A stretch of 64,000 nt of DNA from Eledone cirrhosa (lineage: Eukaryota), in contig OZ024764.1 of assembly GCA_964016885.1 (NCBI GenBank), positions 8,246,001 through 8,310,000 of the forward strand, read 5' to 3'. Of this stretch, positions 22,885-34,464 are shown piece by piece (the stretch's first letter is position 1; every line of letters begins with the position of its first letter). A program made the translations under genes and the position numbers. The notes beneath the pieces are model-generated. The model saw only the letters and a program-made list of their open reading frames with translations, ran no database searches and was not told where the DNA came from.

Positions 22885-25860
22885 TGTACAGTCACCAAAG
22901 GAGGTATAGACAGACATGTGTACTGCCTGTACAGTCACCAAAGGAGGTGTAGACAGACATGTGTACTGCCTGTACAGTCACCAAAGGAGAGATAGACAGA
23001 CATGTGTACTGCCTGTACAGTCACCAAAGGAGAGATAGACAGACATGTGTACTGCCTGTACAGTCACCAAAGGAGAGATAGACAGACATGTGTACTGCCT
23101 GTACAGTCACCAAAGGAGAGATAGACAGGCATGTGTACTGCCTGTACAGTCACCAAAGGAGGTATAGACAGACATGTGTACTGCCTGTACAGTCACCAAA
23201 GGAGGTGTAGACAGACATGTGTACTGCCTGTACAGTCACCAAAGGAGAGATAGACAGACATGTGTACTGCCTGTACAGTCACCAAAGGAGAGATAGACAG
23301 ACATGTGTACTGCCTGTACAGTCACCAAAGGAGGTGTAGACAGACATGTGTACTGCCTGTACAGTCACCAAAGGAGGTGTAGACAGACATGTGTACTGCC
23401 TGTACAGTCACCAAAGGAGGTGTAGACAGACATGTGTACTGCCTGTACAGTCACCAAAGGAGAGATAGACAGACATGTGTACTGCCTGTACAGTCACCAA
23501 AGGAGGTATAGACAGACATGTGTACTGCCTGTACAGTCACCAAAGGAGGTGTAGACAGACATGTGTACTGCCTGTACAGTCACCAAAGGAGAGATAGACA
23601 GACAGACATGTGTACTGCCTGTACAGTCACCAAAGGAGAGAGACAGACAGACATATGTACTGCCTGTACAGTCACCAAAGGAGGTATAGACAGACATGTG
23701 TACTGCCTGTACAGTGACCAAACGAGGTGTAGACAGACATATGTACTGCCTGTACAGTCACCAAAGGAGGTATAGACAGGCATGTGTACTGCCTGTACAG
23801 TCACCAAAGGAGGTATAGACAGACATGTGTACTGCCTGTACAGTCACCAAAGGAGGTATAGACAGGCATGTGTACTGCCTGTACAGTCACCAAAGGAGGT
23901 ATAGACAGACAGACATGTGTACTGCCTGTACAGTCATCAAAGGTGAGATGGACAGACATGTGTACTGCCTGTACAGTCATCAAAGGTGAGATGGACAGAC
24001 ATGTGTACTGCCTGTACAGTCACCAAAGGAGGTGTAGACAGACATGTGTACTGCCTGTACAGTCACCAAAGGAGGTGTAGACAGACATGTGTACTGCCTG
24101 TACAGTCACCAAAGGAGAGATAGACAGACATGAGTACTGCCTGTACAGTCACTAAAGGAGGTGTAGACAGACATATGTACTGCCTGTACAGTCACCAAAG
24201 GAGAGATAGACAGACATGTGTACTGCCTGTACAGTCACCAAAGGAGAGATAGACAGACATGTGTACTGCCTGTACAGTCACCAAATGAGGTATAGACAGA
24301 CATGTGTACTGCCTGTACAGTCACCAAAGGAGAGATAGACAGACATGTGTACTGCCTGTACAGTCACCAAAGGAGGTGTAGACAGACATGTGTACTGCCT
24401 GTACAGTCACCAAAGGAGGTGTAGACAGACATGTGTACTGCCTGTACAGTCACCAAAGGAGAGATGGACAGACATGTGTACTGCCTGTACAGTCACCAAA
24501 GGAGAGATAGACAGACATGTGTACTGCCTGTACAGTCACCAAAGGAGAGATAGACAGACATGTGTACTGCCTGTACAGTCACCAAATGAGGTATAGACAG
24601 ACATGTGTACTGCCTGTACAGTCACCAAAGGAGAGATAGACAGACATGTGTACTGCCTGTACAGTCACCAAAGGAGGTGTAGACAGACATGTGTACTGCC
24701 TGTACAGTCACCAAAGGAGGTGTAGACAGACATGTGTACTGCCTGTACAGTCACCAAAGGAGCTATAGACAGACATGTGTACTGCCTGTACAGTCACCAA
24801 AGGAGGTATAGACAGACAGACATGTGTACTGCCTGTACAGTCACCAAAGGAGGTGTAGACAGACATATGTACTGCGTGTACAGTCACCAAAGGAGAGATA
24901 GACATGTGTACTGCCTGTACAGTCACCAAAGGAGGTGTAGACAGACATGTGTACTGCCTGTACAGTCACCAAAGGAGGTGTAGACAGACATGTGTACTGC
25001 CTGTACAGTCACCAAAGGTGGTATAGACAGACATGTGTACTGCCTGTACAGTCACCAAAGGAGAGATAGACAGACGCCTGTACAGTGACCAAACGAGGTG
25101 TAGACAGACATATGTACTGCCTGTACAGTCACCAAATGAGGTATAGACAGACATGTGTACTGCCTGTACAGTCACCAAAGGAGGTATAGACAGACATGTG
25201 TACTGCCTGTACAGTCACCAAAGGAGGTGTAGACAAACATGTGTACTGCCTGTACAGTCACCAAAGGAGGTGTAGACAGACATGTGTACTGCCTGTACAG
25301 TCACCAAAGGAGAGATAGACAGACATGTGTACTGCCTGTACAGTCACCAAAGGAGGTGTAGACAGACATGTGTACTGCCTGTACAGTCACCAAAGGAGAG
25401 ATAGACAGACGCCTGTACAGTGACCAAACGAGGTGTAGACAGACATATGTACTGCCTGTACAGTCACCAAATGAGGTATAGACAGACATGTGTACTGCCT
25501 GTACAGTCACCAAAGGAGGTGTAGACAGACATATGTACTGCCTCTACAGTCACCAAAGGAGAGATAGAGAGACATGTGTACTGCCTGTACAGTCACCAAA
25601 GGAGGTATAGACAGACATGTGTACTGCCTGTACAGTCACCAAAGGAGGTGTAGACAGACATGTGTACTGCCTGTACAGTCACCAAAGGAGGTATAGACAG
25701 ACATATGTACTGCCTGTACAGTCACCAAATGAGGTGTAGACAGACATGTGTACTGCCTGTACAGTCACCAAAGGAGGTGTAGACAGACATGTGTACTGCC
25801 TGTACAGTCACCAAATGAGATAGGGTTGACATATGTACTGCCTGTACAGTCACCAAATGA
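22885..25860. repeat. 43-bp minisatellite, ~69 copies
   Basis: tgtacagtcaccaaaggaggtgtagacagacatgtgtactgcc; variation concentrated in the gtgt/gtat/agat triplet region. Confidence 0.97.
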
Positions 25861-26839
25861 ACCACAATTGAAGAACAAGACAGTCACCATCAGTTTTCGA
25901 TTGACAACCATAACCACACCCCGTAACAATACATATATATCACCACATGACCAGCAATGTATTAACAATTTTCAAATGAAAAATATATTCACACCTGAAT
26001 TACTTCCATTTATGCCGTTTACATATATTATTTTGTCAACAAATAATTAAAAATACTAGCACAAGACCCACCCTATGGGTGGTTTTCTGCTAGCCTGTGT
26101 AGTGTGTATATTGATATTATACACAAGTATATATACATGTAAATATGATACATCAAACAGTAATTGACAATATACACAGAAATTGAACCAAACCTGTTAC
26201 ACTGTCTTCTGTAATCCAGGATATATTTAAAAAAAGACGACATTATATATAAACTGCAGGAGAAAATTAGCGACTGAAATATATGTGATTATAAGTGTTA
26301 TAATATAACTGTTTCTATTTTTGGCACAAGGTCAGCAATTACCCAGTACATTACTGGTACTTTATTTTATTGACCTCGTAAGGATGAAAGGCAAAGTTCA
26401 CCTTGGCCGCTAACAGGAAGTGTTGACATTTGATAATTTTAAAGAAGTGAATGTTTAAATAAGCTATAAAATATATTTAATCAACAGCCACGAAATTTAG
26501 TACATCAATTATGTAATATTCATTCATTATTTATTCAAAGTAATCCAACTTCTTTTACAAACGGGGTAAAAAAATATATTCTGGGCGCAATCCCGCAGAC
26601 CTTCCTTTATTATAGTTAAGATAACTACTAGTATTTTGTACATATATACAGAACAATTAATATATACTTATTTCATGATGGTAACATATGTTACAGGCTG
26701 ATCTGTTTCTGGAAATCAGATGCAAACCTTCGATTTTAGCCCATAACAGGTTTAAGATCCCATTAAGGGTGAAAGCAGCGATTCTTTAATCTGTTATTTT
26801 AATAAATATATATAAAATTGTATATGCACATATATATAA

Positions 26840-27622
26840 TTGTTTTATCTGGTTGGGGCACCACGCTTGTTGCTACACATTCTATCTCCAGCCTGTGTTG
26901 GCTGGCTCTTGGTGCAAGAGGGAGTTCGTTGCTACTGCCCTTAGGTTACCATCGTACCGTGCTGTGGGCTCATCCGGGATTCTGGATAGCAGGGGGTCAA
27001 CATGTTTCTTGAAAACATCCACATGCAGATCTCTCAAATTTCTTGGCAGCTTATTGAAGAGTTGAGGGCTTTTGAAACCCAGGCTATTGCAATATCTGCT
27101 CCTTATTTTAGATGTGAAAGACGGGACCTTTGGCACCACTCAGTGACGTCCTGTCCGGGGGTTGGTCCAGCTCTCAATGTCAAAGTTTGGTGTTAGTCCT
27201 CCACGATTTTCCACATGTATATCACTGCATATCTCTCCTGTCTTCATTTCAAGGAGTAGAGATTCAGTTCTTTTAGTCTACCATTGCAATCCTTTTGGTG
27301 TAGCTACGTTGGATTGCCTCAAGCTCTGTGGTTAGTTTGATACTATGGGGTGACCACAGCTGGGAGCAATAGTCCAGGCAGCTAAGGACAAATGTCCTCC
27401 ATAGGTCTCTTGTCTGGAAAGTCCTCAACATCGAGCCAGCGAGTTGTCTCCACCCTCAAGATGTGTGAAGAAAAAGATGCATTGTCGCTCATGTCTATTC
27501 CCAGGGCTCATATAGATTTTGATCCCTCCTGGTCCGGTGTAGCTGTGTTTGCAGGTTGTTATTGTAGGGCTTGAAATTTTCCAGCATTAAACTGTATATT
27601 TTTGTCCTCAGCCCATTTGTAT
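26840..27622 (-). mobile_element. CR1-type LINE fragment, inverted paralogue of ~1990-2725
   Basis: Matching ORF-track peptides (MVPKVPS..RSRYCNSLGFK; MSSIG.LS.KSSTSSQRVV). Confidence 0.85.
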
Positions 27623-29000
27623 TTCAGTACACTGGGTAGTGACCACCAGCTTGTTATAAGTGAGGTCCGGGTGAGCTTAAGAAAGAGCAAAGTTCAGCCC
27701 CAGAGATGACTGGGGAGCTTTCAAGGAAGATAAGCTACAGGAGAGGTTCATAGTAGAAATGAGGAACAGGTTCAGTGCTCTGTGTGGAAAGTGTGACGAG
27801 GACTTACAGGTATTTCACCAATGCAGTGGCAGAAGCAAGTGAAACCTTGGTGCCGAGGAGAGAGAAGAGGAAGCACGTCAGCTCTGCAAACCCAAAAGTG
27901 TGTGCAGCCAGAGAACACCTGAAAGCTGCCAAGGACCAATTCTATGCTGATCCTACGGAGGAGAGGAAAGAACTCTGTACCAGGGAAGCGCTGATGGAGA
28001 AGATCAGAAGTATGGAGAGAGCAGTTGACAGGTCTGGGTGTAAGGAGAGCTGGATGATCATCAACGAGATCACAGGGAGGAAGAGAAGGTGTTCGAGTCA
28101 GATCCAGGGAACAGGGCCTGAGGATAGGAAGAGGAAATGGCTAGACCATTTTAGGACCCTACTAGGAGAACCGCCCAGAACACTGGGGAGATCAGGCGTC
28201 TGTTTGAGGAACTGGATATTGAGACAGGACCCTTCACCAGAGAGGAGCTTCAGAGAGCTAAGAAAAAGATCAAGGAGGGCAAGGCTCATGGAGAAGATGG
28301 AGTGGCATCAGAGGTGATGAAGAGGTGTGATTTTGATGATTTCATCCTGGAGTTCTGTAACCAGGCGCTGGAGAAAGGAGTTGCCCCGAATCAGTAACAT
28401 CGTCCCAGTGTCAAAGAAGGGAGATCTCTCTAACACCAACAACTACAGGGGGATCTCACTGACATCATTTGTGGCAAAGACCCACAACAGGATGATTCTT
28501 AACAGGATCCAGCCCGAGATGGTGAAGCTCAGGGACAACCAGAACGGCTTCAGAGAGGGTAGATCAACCACCAGTCACATCCTAGTGCTGAGGAGGATAT
28601 CAGAGGGAGCTAGAGCAAAGAGCCTTCCTGCAGTCATGGTTTTCATTGACTTTAGAAAAGCCTTTGATTCTGTGGACCGTCACTGCCTGATGAAGATCTT
28701 ACAGGCTTATGGAATCCCCAAGAAGATAGTGGACCTGATATCACTGCTCTACACCAACACCAAAGCCCAAGTCATTACACCTGATGGGATGACGGAGTTC
28801 TTTGAGATACTGGCTGGAGTGCTCCAGGGAGGTACATTGGCTCCCTACCTTTTTATCATCGTAGTGGACTATTTTATGTGGACTCTGGCTTTACTGTAGC
28901 ACCGGCTCAGAGCAGGAGAGTTAAGGCGAAAAAGATATCAGATGCTGAATTTGCCGACGACATAGTTTTGGTGACAAATACAGTGAAGGAGGCTGGGGAT
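27622..29000 (+). mobile_element. Decayed RTE-group LINE (end of APE endonuclease to RT)
   Basis: GSDHQLV; KKGDLSNTNNYRGISL; NQNGFREGRST; FIDFRKAFDSV; GVLQGGTLAPYLF; EFADD. Confidence 0.9.
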
Positions 29001-29199
29001 GTGTCGATGAGTAGTCGCCAGTCTGGGTGACCGCCTTTAAGTTATCCAGACTGACAACTGGCTCTGGCTCCCTTCAGGTCTTAAACACTTCAGTCCCTTG
29101 GATTGTGTTTACCATTATTATATTTCTTTAGAAGATAAATTTCGTAACACCTGATGATGTATATATATAATATATATATATAATATGTATATATATATA

Positions 29200-30081
29200 C
29201 AGTGTGCAGATGATATCTGTTTGCAAGTTTACTGTCTAGGAAAAATAACACTGTAGTTTTATTTTTTAAGGTATATTTATCAAACTTGGGTCAGTTTGTC
29301 TTCATGGCTTGTTCTTTCGATCTCACTCGATAAACCCGCCATTGGCTTTGAAGACGGCCTCGGAACCGGCTACAGGCCTTTGTCACTGTCCCCCGACTTA
29401 GGCCCCTAAAGGCACTTGTGATCCTGGCCTTCAGATCGTCTTTCGTATTGCAGCTAGATCTGTTGGTGTCTCGTTCCACTGCGCCCCACACAAAGAAGTC
29501 GAGGGGGTTGCAGTCAGGTGAGCTGGGAGGCCAGATGTCGGGTGAAGTGTGGTCGACGAAGTTCTCTGTCAGCCAGGCTTGAGTCTTTCGGCTGGTATGG
29601 CAGGGCGCTCTGAGTCTTGCTGCCACACGTACGGCCTACCTGCAGCTACCTGGTCGATCCAGGGCTTTACTACCTCGCTCAGAACGCGGATGTAGCCATC
29701 AGTGTTCAGCTTGAGGCCCTCAGGGAAGAAGTGAGGTGGCATGACGTCACCTTGACTGCTGACGACACCTAAGACCAATGTTGTCGCTGGAAACTTTGTC
29801 TGCATGACTCTGGGCACGTCTTTGGATGAGACAGCGAACCATCTGTTGTTCTGAGAGTTGATCTTCTGGTCTTATTTGTCCTCCCAGCGCGGATTCCAAG
29901 AAGAACTCTGTGTCTCTTCCACAAATTTGGAGGTTCAAAATTATTCATAATCAATTATTCTGAAAATAAATAATGGAAATATAGTCACTGTTTTCACGAC
30001 ACAAGAGTGACAACGGAAGTAAAAAAAATTTTGCATAAAATTAGCAGTTGAAAATTGCAAACAAATATCGTCCACACCCTG
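29200..30081 (-). mobile_element. Internally deleted Tc1/mariner element (DD37D maT-like)
   Basis: TIRs CAG(G)GTGTGGACGATATTTGTTTGCAA at both ends in TA context; YVWQQDS, WPPSSPDCNPLDFFVWG. Confidence 0.9.
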
Positions 30082-30172
30082 TATATGTGTATATATATAT
30101 ATATACATATAATATATATATACATATAATATATATATATATATATACATATAATATATATATACATATAAT

Positions 30173-30174
<2 letters not shown>

Positions 30175-30204
<30 letters not shown>

Positions 30205-31530
30205 TTTACGTCCGCTTTTCCCTGCTTGCAAGGGTGGGACGGGTCTTATTCAGCACAGCATCTCTCCACTCGTCACAGTCCTTCGTCATCTCCACCGTGA
30301 GCTTCAGCGATCTGAGGTCTGTTCTCACCACCTCTGCCCATGTTTTTTCGTGGTCTACCTCTACCACGTCTTCCTTCAACTGGCATTTCCTGGCACTTCT
30401 TCACCCATCAGTCATCCTCCATGCACATCACATGTCCATACCACCTCAGTCTCCTCTCTCGCACACTACATTCTATCCCTCTCAGACACAGTTTCTCTCT
30501 CAATACATCACATGTCCATACCACCTCAGTCTCCTCTCCCGTACACTACATTCTATCCCTCTCAGACACAGTTTCTCTCTCTCAACACATCACATGTCCA
30601 TACCACCTTAGTCTCCTCTCCCGTACACTACATTCTATCCCTCTCAGACACAGTTTCTCTCTCAACACATCACATGTCCATACCACCTCAGTCTCCTCTC
30701 CCGCACACTACATTCTATCCCTCTCAGACACAGTTTCTCTCTCTCAACACATCACATGTCCATACCACCTCAGTCTCCTGTCCCGTACACTACATTCTAT
30801 CACTCTCAGACACAGTTTCTCTCTCTCAACACATCACATGTCCATACCACCTTAGTCTCCTCTCCCGCACACTACATTCTATCCCTCTCAGACACAGTTT
30901 CTCTCTCTCAACACATCACATGTCCATACCACCTTAGTCTCCTCTCCCGTACACTACATTCTATCCCTCTCAGACACAGTTTCTCTCTCAACACATCACA
31001 TGTCCATACCACCTCAGTCTCCTGTCTCACACGCTACATTCTATCCCTCTCAGACACAGTTTCTCTCTCTCAACACATCACATGTCCATACCACCTCAGT
31101 CTCCTCTCCCGTACACTACATTCTATCCCTCTCAGACACAGTTTCTCTCTCTCAACACATCACATGTCCATACCACCTCAGTCTCCTCTCCCGTACACTA
31201 CATTCTATCCCTCTCAGACACAGTTTCTCTCTCTCAACACATCACATGTCCATACCACCTCAGTCTCCTGTCCCGTACACTACATTCTATCCCTCTCAGA
31301 CACAGTTTCTCTCTCTCAACACATCACATATCCATACCACCTTAGTCTCCTCTCCCGTACACTACATTCTATGCCTCTCAGACACAGTTTCTCTCTCAAC
31401 ACATTTATGCTGGGTCGTTCACGCACATTTACACTGCACATCCAACGGAGCATGCTTGCCTCATTTCTCTCCAGCCGTCGCATATCCTCTGTAGTTGCTG
31501 CCTATGTCTCACTACCATGCAGCAGTGAGA
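30175..31530 (-). mobile_element. 5'-truncated RTE with internal 80/82-bp tandem array (30425-31400, ~12 copies)
   Basis: LHGSET..MRRLERNEASMLRWMC, array of REKLCLRG..ERRLRWYGHVMC-coding units, then MEDD.WVKKCQEMPVEG..RGRPRKTW and 3' tail with (GAT)n. Confidence 0.92.
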
Positions 31531-31689
31531 CATATATACATATAATATATATACATATACATATAATCGTTTCTACTTTTGGCACAAGGCCAATATATAT
31601 ATATATAATACATATATACATATAATATATATATACTTATATATATATTACATATTATATATACATATAATACATATATATATTATATA

Positions 31690-32720
31690 TTTTGAGTATA
31701 TGTTGGTTGTTTACCAACACCTCAGTATGCAGATTGGAGCACTCGACGATGTACGCAGGTTGGTTTGTTTACTCCGGAGTAATGTAAAATAATTAAGTCA
31801 AATAGGTAAAATTTGGCTTCGTTTATTATAAATTCTAGATGTACTGCTATATATATTTCGGTGACAGCCATCATTGGCTGTGACCTCTTCAGGCAGTCCG
31901 AATTGGTGTGGTAAAGACAGGTACACATGTTGTTTAAGTGTGTTTCACTCCATCAATACTCCGATATGTCCAGCTCCTGGCTGTGTTGTTATTCTCCCGA
32001 GGAACTGGAATCATATGATTCCAGTTCCTCAGTTTCCTGATAAAGTGTCTGTTAATATGAAAATGTTTACATGTTATATACAAATTGTGTTCAGTTATCT
32101 CCAAGATGCTCTGAGGAGAGGTGATATTCAAAACACTGGACAACAAAAAAAGAATTTGTCTGGTGCCTGGAATATTTCAACAAATTCTTAAGTGATTTTG
32201 CCTGCTAAATTCAAAAATAACTTCAGTTTTTCTCTATCAGTTCTAGTTTTCTGAGAAAAAAAAAAATTAGAATTAGAATGAGGTAATGAACACTGTGACG
32301 TACTCACATACATAGTGACTATAGAGATGTCCAATAAGTTAAAAACTAGATCTGATAGGTCAAAAAGAATGTTATATTTGGAATCAGGAGACGGATTTTA
32401 TATAGGAATGATGTTTATTTCCTAAACACCAAAAACCTTGTAGACCAGTGTAATCCTTCCATCATTCCATCGGAGAGGTCCTCGATACATGCACAAACAA
32501 ACACGAGGCTAATAAAAACTAACCTTCTTCCAGGTCAAGAACCCCATCATCAATATGATGAGTATTTCGTCAAAAAATTTTGAAATTCTGAAAATGGTTT
32601 ATCTGATCACCAACACAAACATTGCCATTTTAGGACCAACTATTTGTAGGGTAGAACCAATTTGAAGTTTCTTGTCCGACTAGGGAAAACTCTGTGGAGT
32701 TATCATCGTCATTAGAAGAG
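31690..32720 (-). mobile_element. Probable Penelope-like element remnant
   Basis: Minimal hammerhead at its 3' side; minus-strand CKHFHINRH...RE resembles a decayed GIY-YIG C-terminus. Boundaries uncertain. Confidence 0.45.
31843..31897 (-). ncRNA. Minimal type I hammerhead ribozyme
   Basis: ACTGC-CTGAAGA-GGTCACAGCCA-atga-TGGCTGTCACC-GAAA-T-ATAT-A-TA-GCAGT: stem I 5 bp, intact CUGAnGA/GAAA core, stem II 10/11 bp, short palindromic stem III, AUA cleavage triplet. Confidence 0.8.
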
Positions 32721-32809
32721 TGGGCTGGCTTAAGACCCACCCCAGCTCATCTAGGACAGCCCCTGTCTGACTTGTCACAACTGACTTGTCTCAACGGACT
32801 TATATTTAA

Positions 32810-33553
32810 CCCTTTAGCATTTAAACTGGCCAGAACTCTCTCACCTCTTTCTGTTCAAACTGGCTGTAACCGGCCACTGATACCTACATTCAGGTATTGT
32901 TCTCAAAATATATAACATCAAAATCTCGTAGATTCGATATTATGTGAGGTAAAGCCTTTACTGTGAAAATACAATAGTATATGTAGAGTAATGTAAATGT
33001 TATGTGAGATATTATGTGAGGTAAAGCCTTTACTGTGAAAATCATCATCATCATTTCATTTTACGTCCACTTTTCCCTGCTTGCAAGGGTGGGACGGGAA
33101 CTGATTCTGGTTTGATTTCTACAGCTGGATGCCCTTCCTAACACCAACCTCATTTACAGTGTGGGCCGGGTGCTTTTTTGCCGTGGCACCTCCACGTCCA
33201 CTTTGCAGTGGAAGGATAGGGACCCCAGTCCCTATCATCTCATTTCTACAGCTGAGTAAACTGGAGCAATGTGAAATAAAGTGTCTTGCTCAAGGAAACA
33301 ACACATCACCCGGTCTGAGAATTGAACTCACAACCTTTCGATTGCAAGGCCAATGCTCTAACCACTAAGCCATGTGCCTCGTATGCTAATACATTACCGT
33401 CCAGAGTAAACACAACAGTTAAAAAGTGTGACACCAAGAAAAACGACTGAAGGCAGTGGCCATACATATACCACAACAACGATAAATACAGAATGTGTGT
33501 CTATAAATATTTAAATACAGTAGTATATATAGAGTAATGTAAATGCTAAAGGG
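32810..33553 (+). mobile_element. piggyBac-type MITE interrupted by SINE A and extra sequence (33042-33512)
   Basis: TTAA-CCCTTTAGCATTTA ... TAAATGCTAAAGGG-TTAA perfect 14-bp TIRs. Confidence 0.85.
33042..33380 (-). mobile_element. SINE family A
   Basis: Near identical to 1410-1752. Confidence 0.85.
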
Positions 33554-34464
33554 TTAAAAGTTGTTTTGGCCGCGATCAACAAAGTAGTTGGAAGGGTTAT
33601 CAGGATTTGAGGGAGAATTTCTAGCAGACTGAATGACAAACCATACAATGATATACATGATATATATATACACAAAAATATACAAAGATATACATATATA
33701 TATGTCATATGTGTATTTGGTAGGTCTGGAGGAAGGGGCAGTGCCTATGGCCGTTAGAGACCCCCCTTTTTAAGGGGGGGGGGGGGGGGGGTAACATGAT
33801 TTGAGGGAGAATTTCGGTCTTATTTCTAGCAGACTGAATGATAGACCACATACATATACTTAAATACATGTGTGTATAATTGGTAGGTGTGGGTCAAAGA
33901 GAAGGGAACATGACCTTCTCAAACAAGGCTGGAGAGATCGATGGTTTACTTAAACTGTTGGAAGCCTACATTTTATTGAAAGACAACAGAGTTCTATGGA
34001 GCTGACATTCTTGGCAAGAAGGACTGGGTGTAGTAATTAGTATGGGGCCTCAGATGTTGAACATTGCTGGGTGGTGAGAGAAGGGACGAGTGTGTCTTAA
34101 TGGAGGTGACATGAGACAAGCAGTCCTAGAAGTAGAGACCAGTAAATGAGATACGGTCCTAGCTATGTTAAGAATATATATAACAAACATGTTCTATACA
34201 TTTAACAAAACAAGACAAATCTAACTTTACCTCTTTCATGTACATAATATACTGGCGTTAAAACTAATTATGCGACCGGTGTAACAATTTCCTGTTTTAT
34301 AAGCATGGTTTCTGATGCTCTACCAACTCTGCCAATTTACTGTCTTTTTGATTTCGTAATTTGAAATGAGGGTTATGTGATCCACTATTATTATGGTCAT
34401 TTGCATATGGAGGTACACATTTAAAACTACAAATACTTCTTAAATTAACTATTTTGTTTAATAA

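Noticed and set aside
22885-25860. CRISPR-like appearance of regular repeats
   Set aside because: No unique spacers, only point variants; eukaryotic context; no cas genes.
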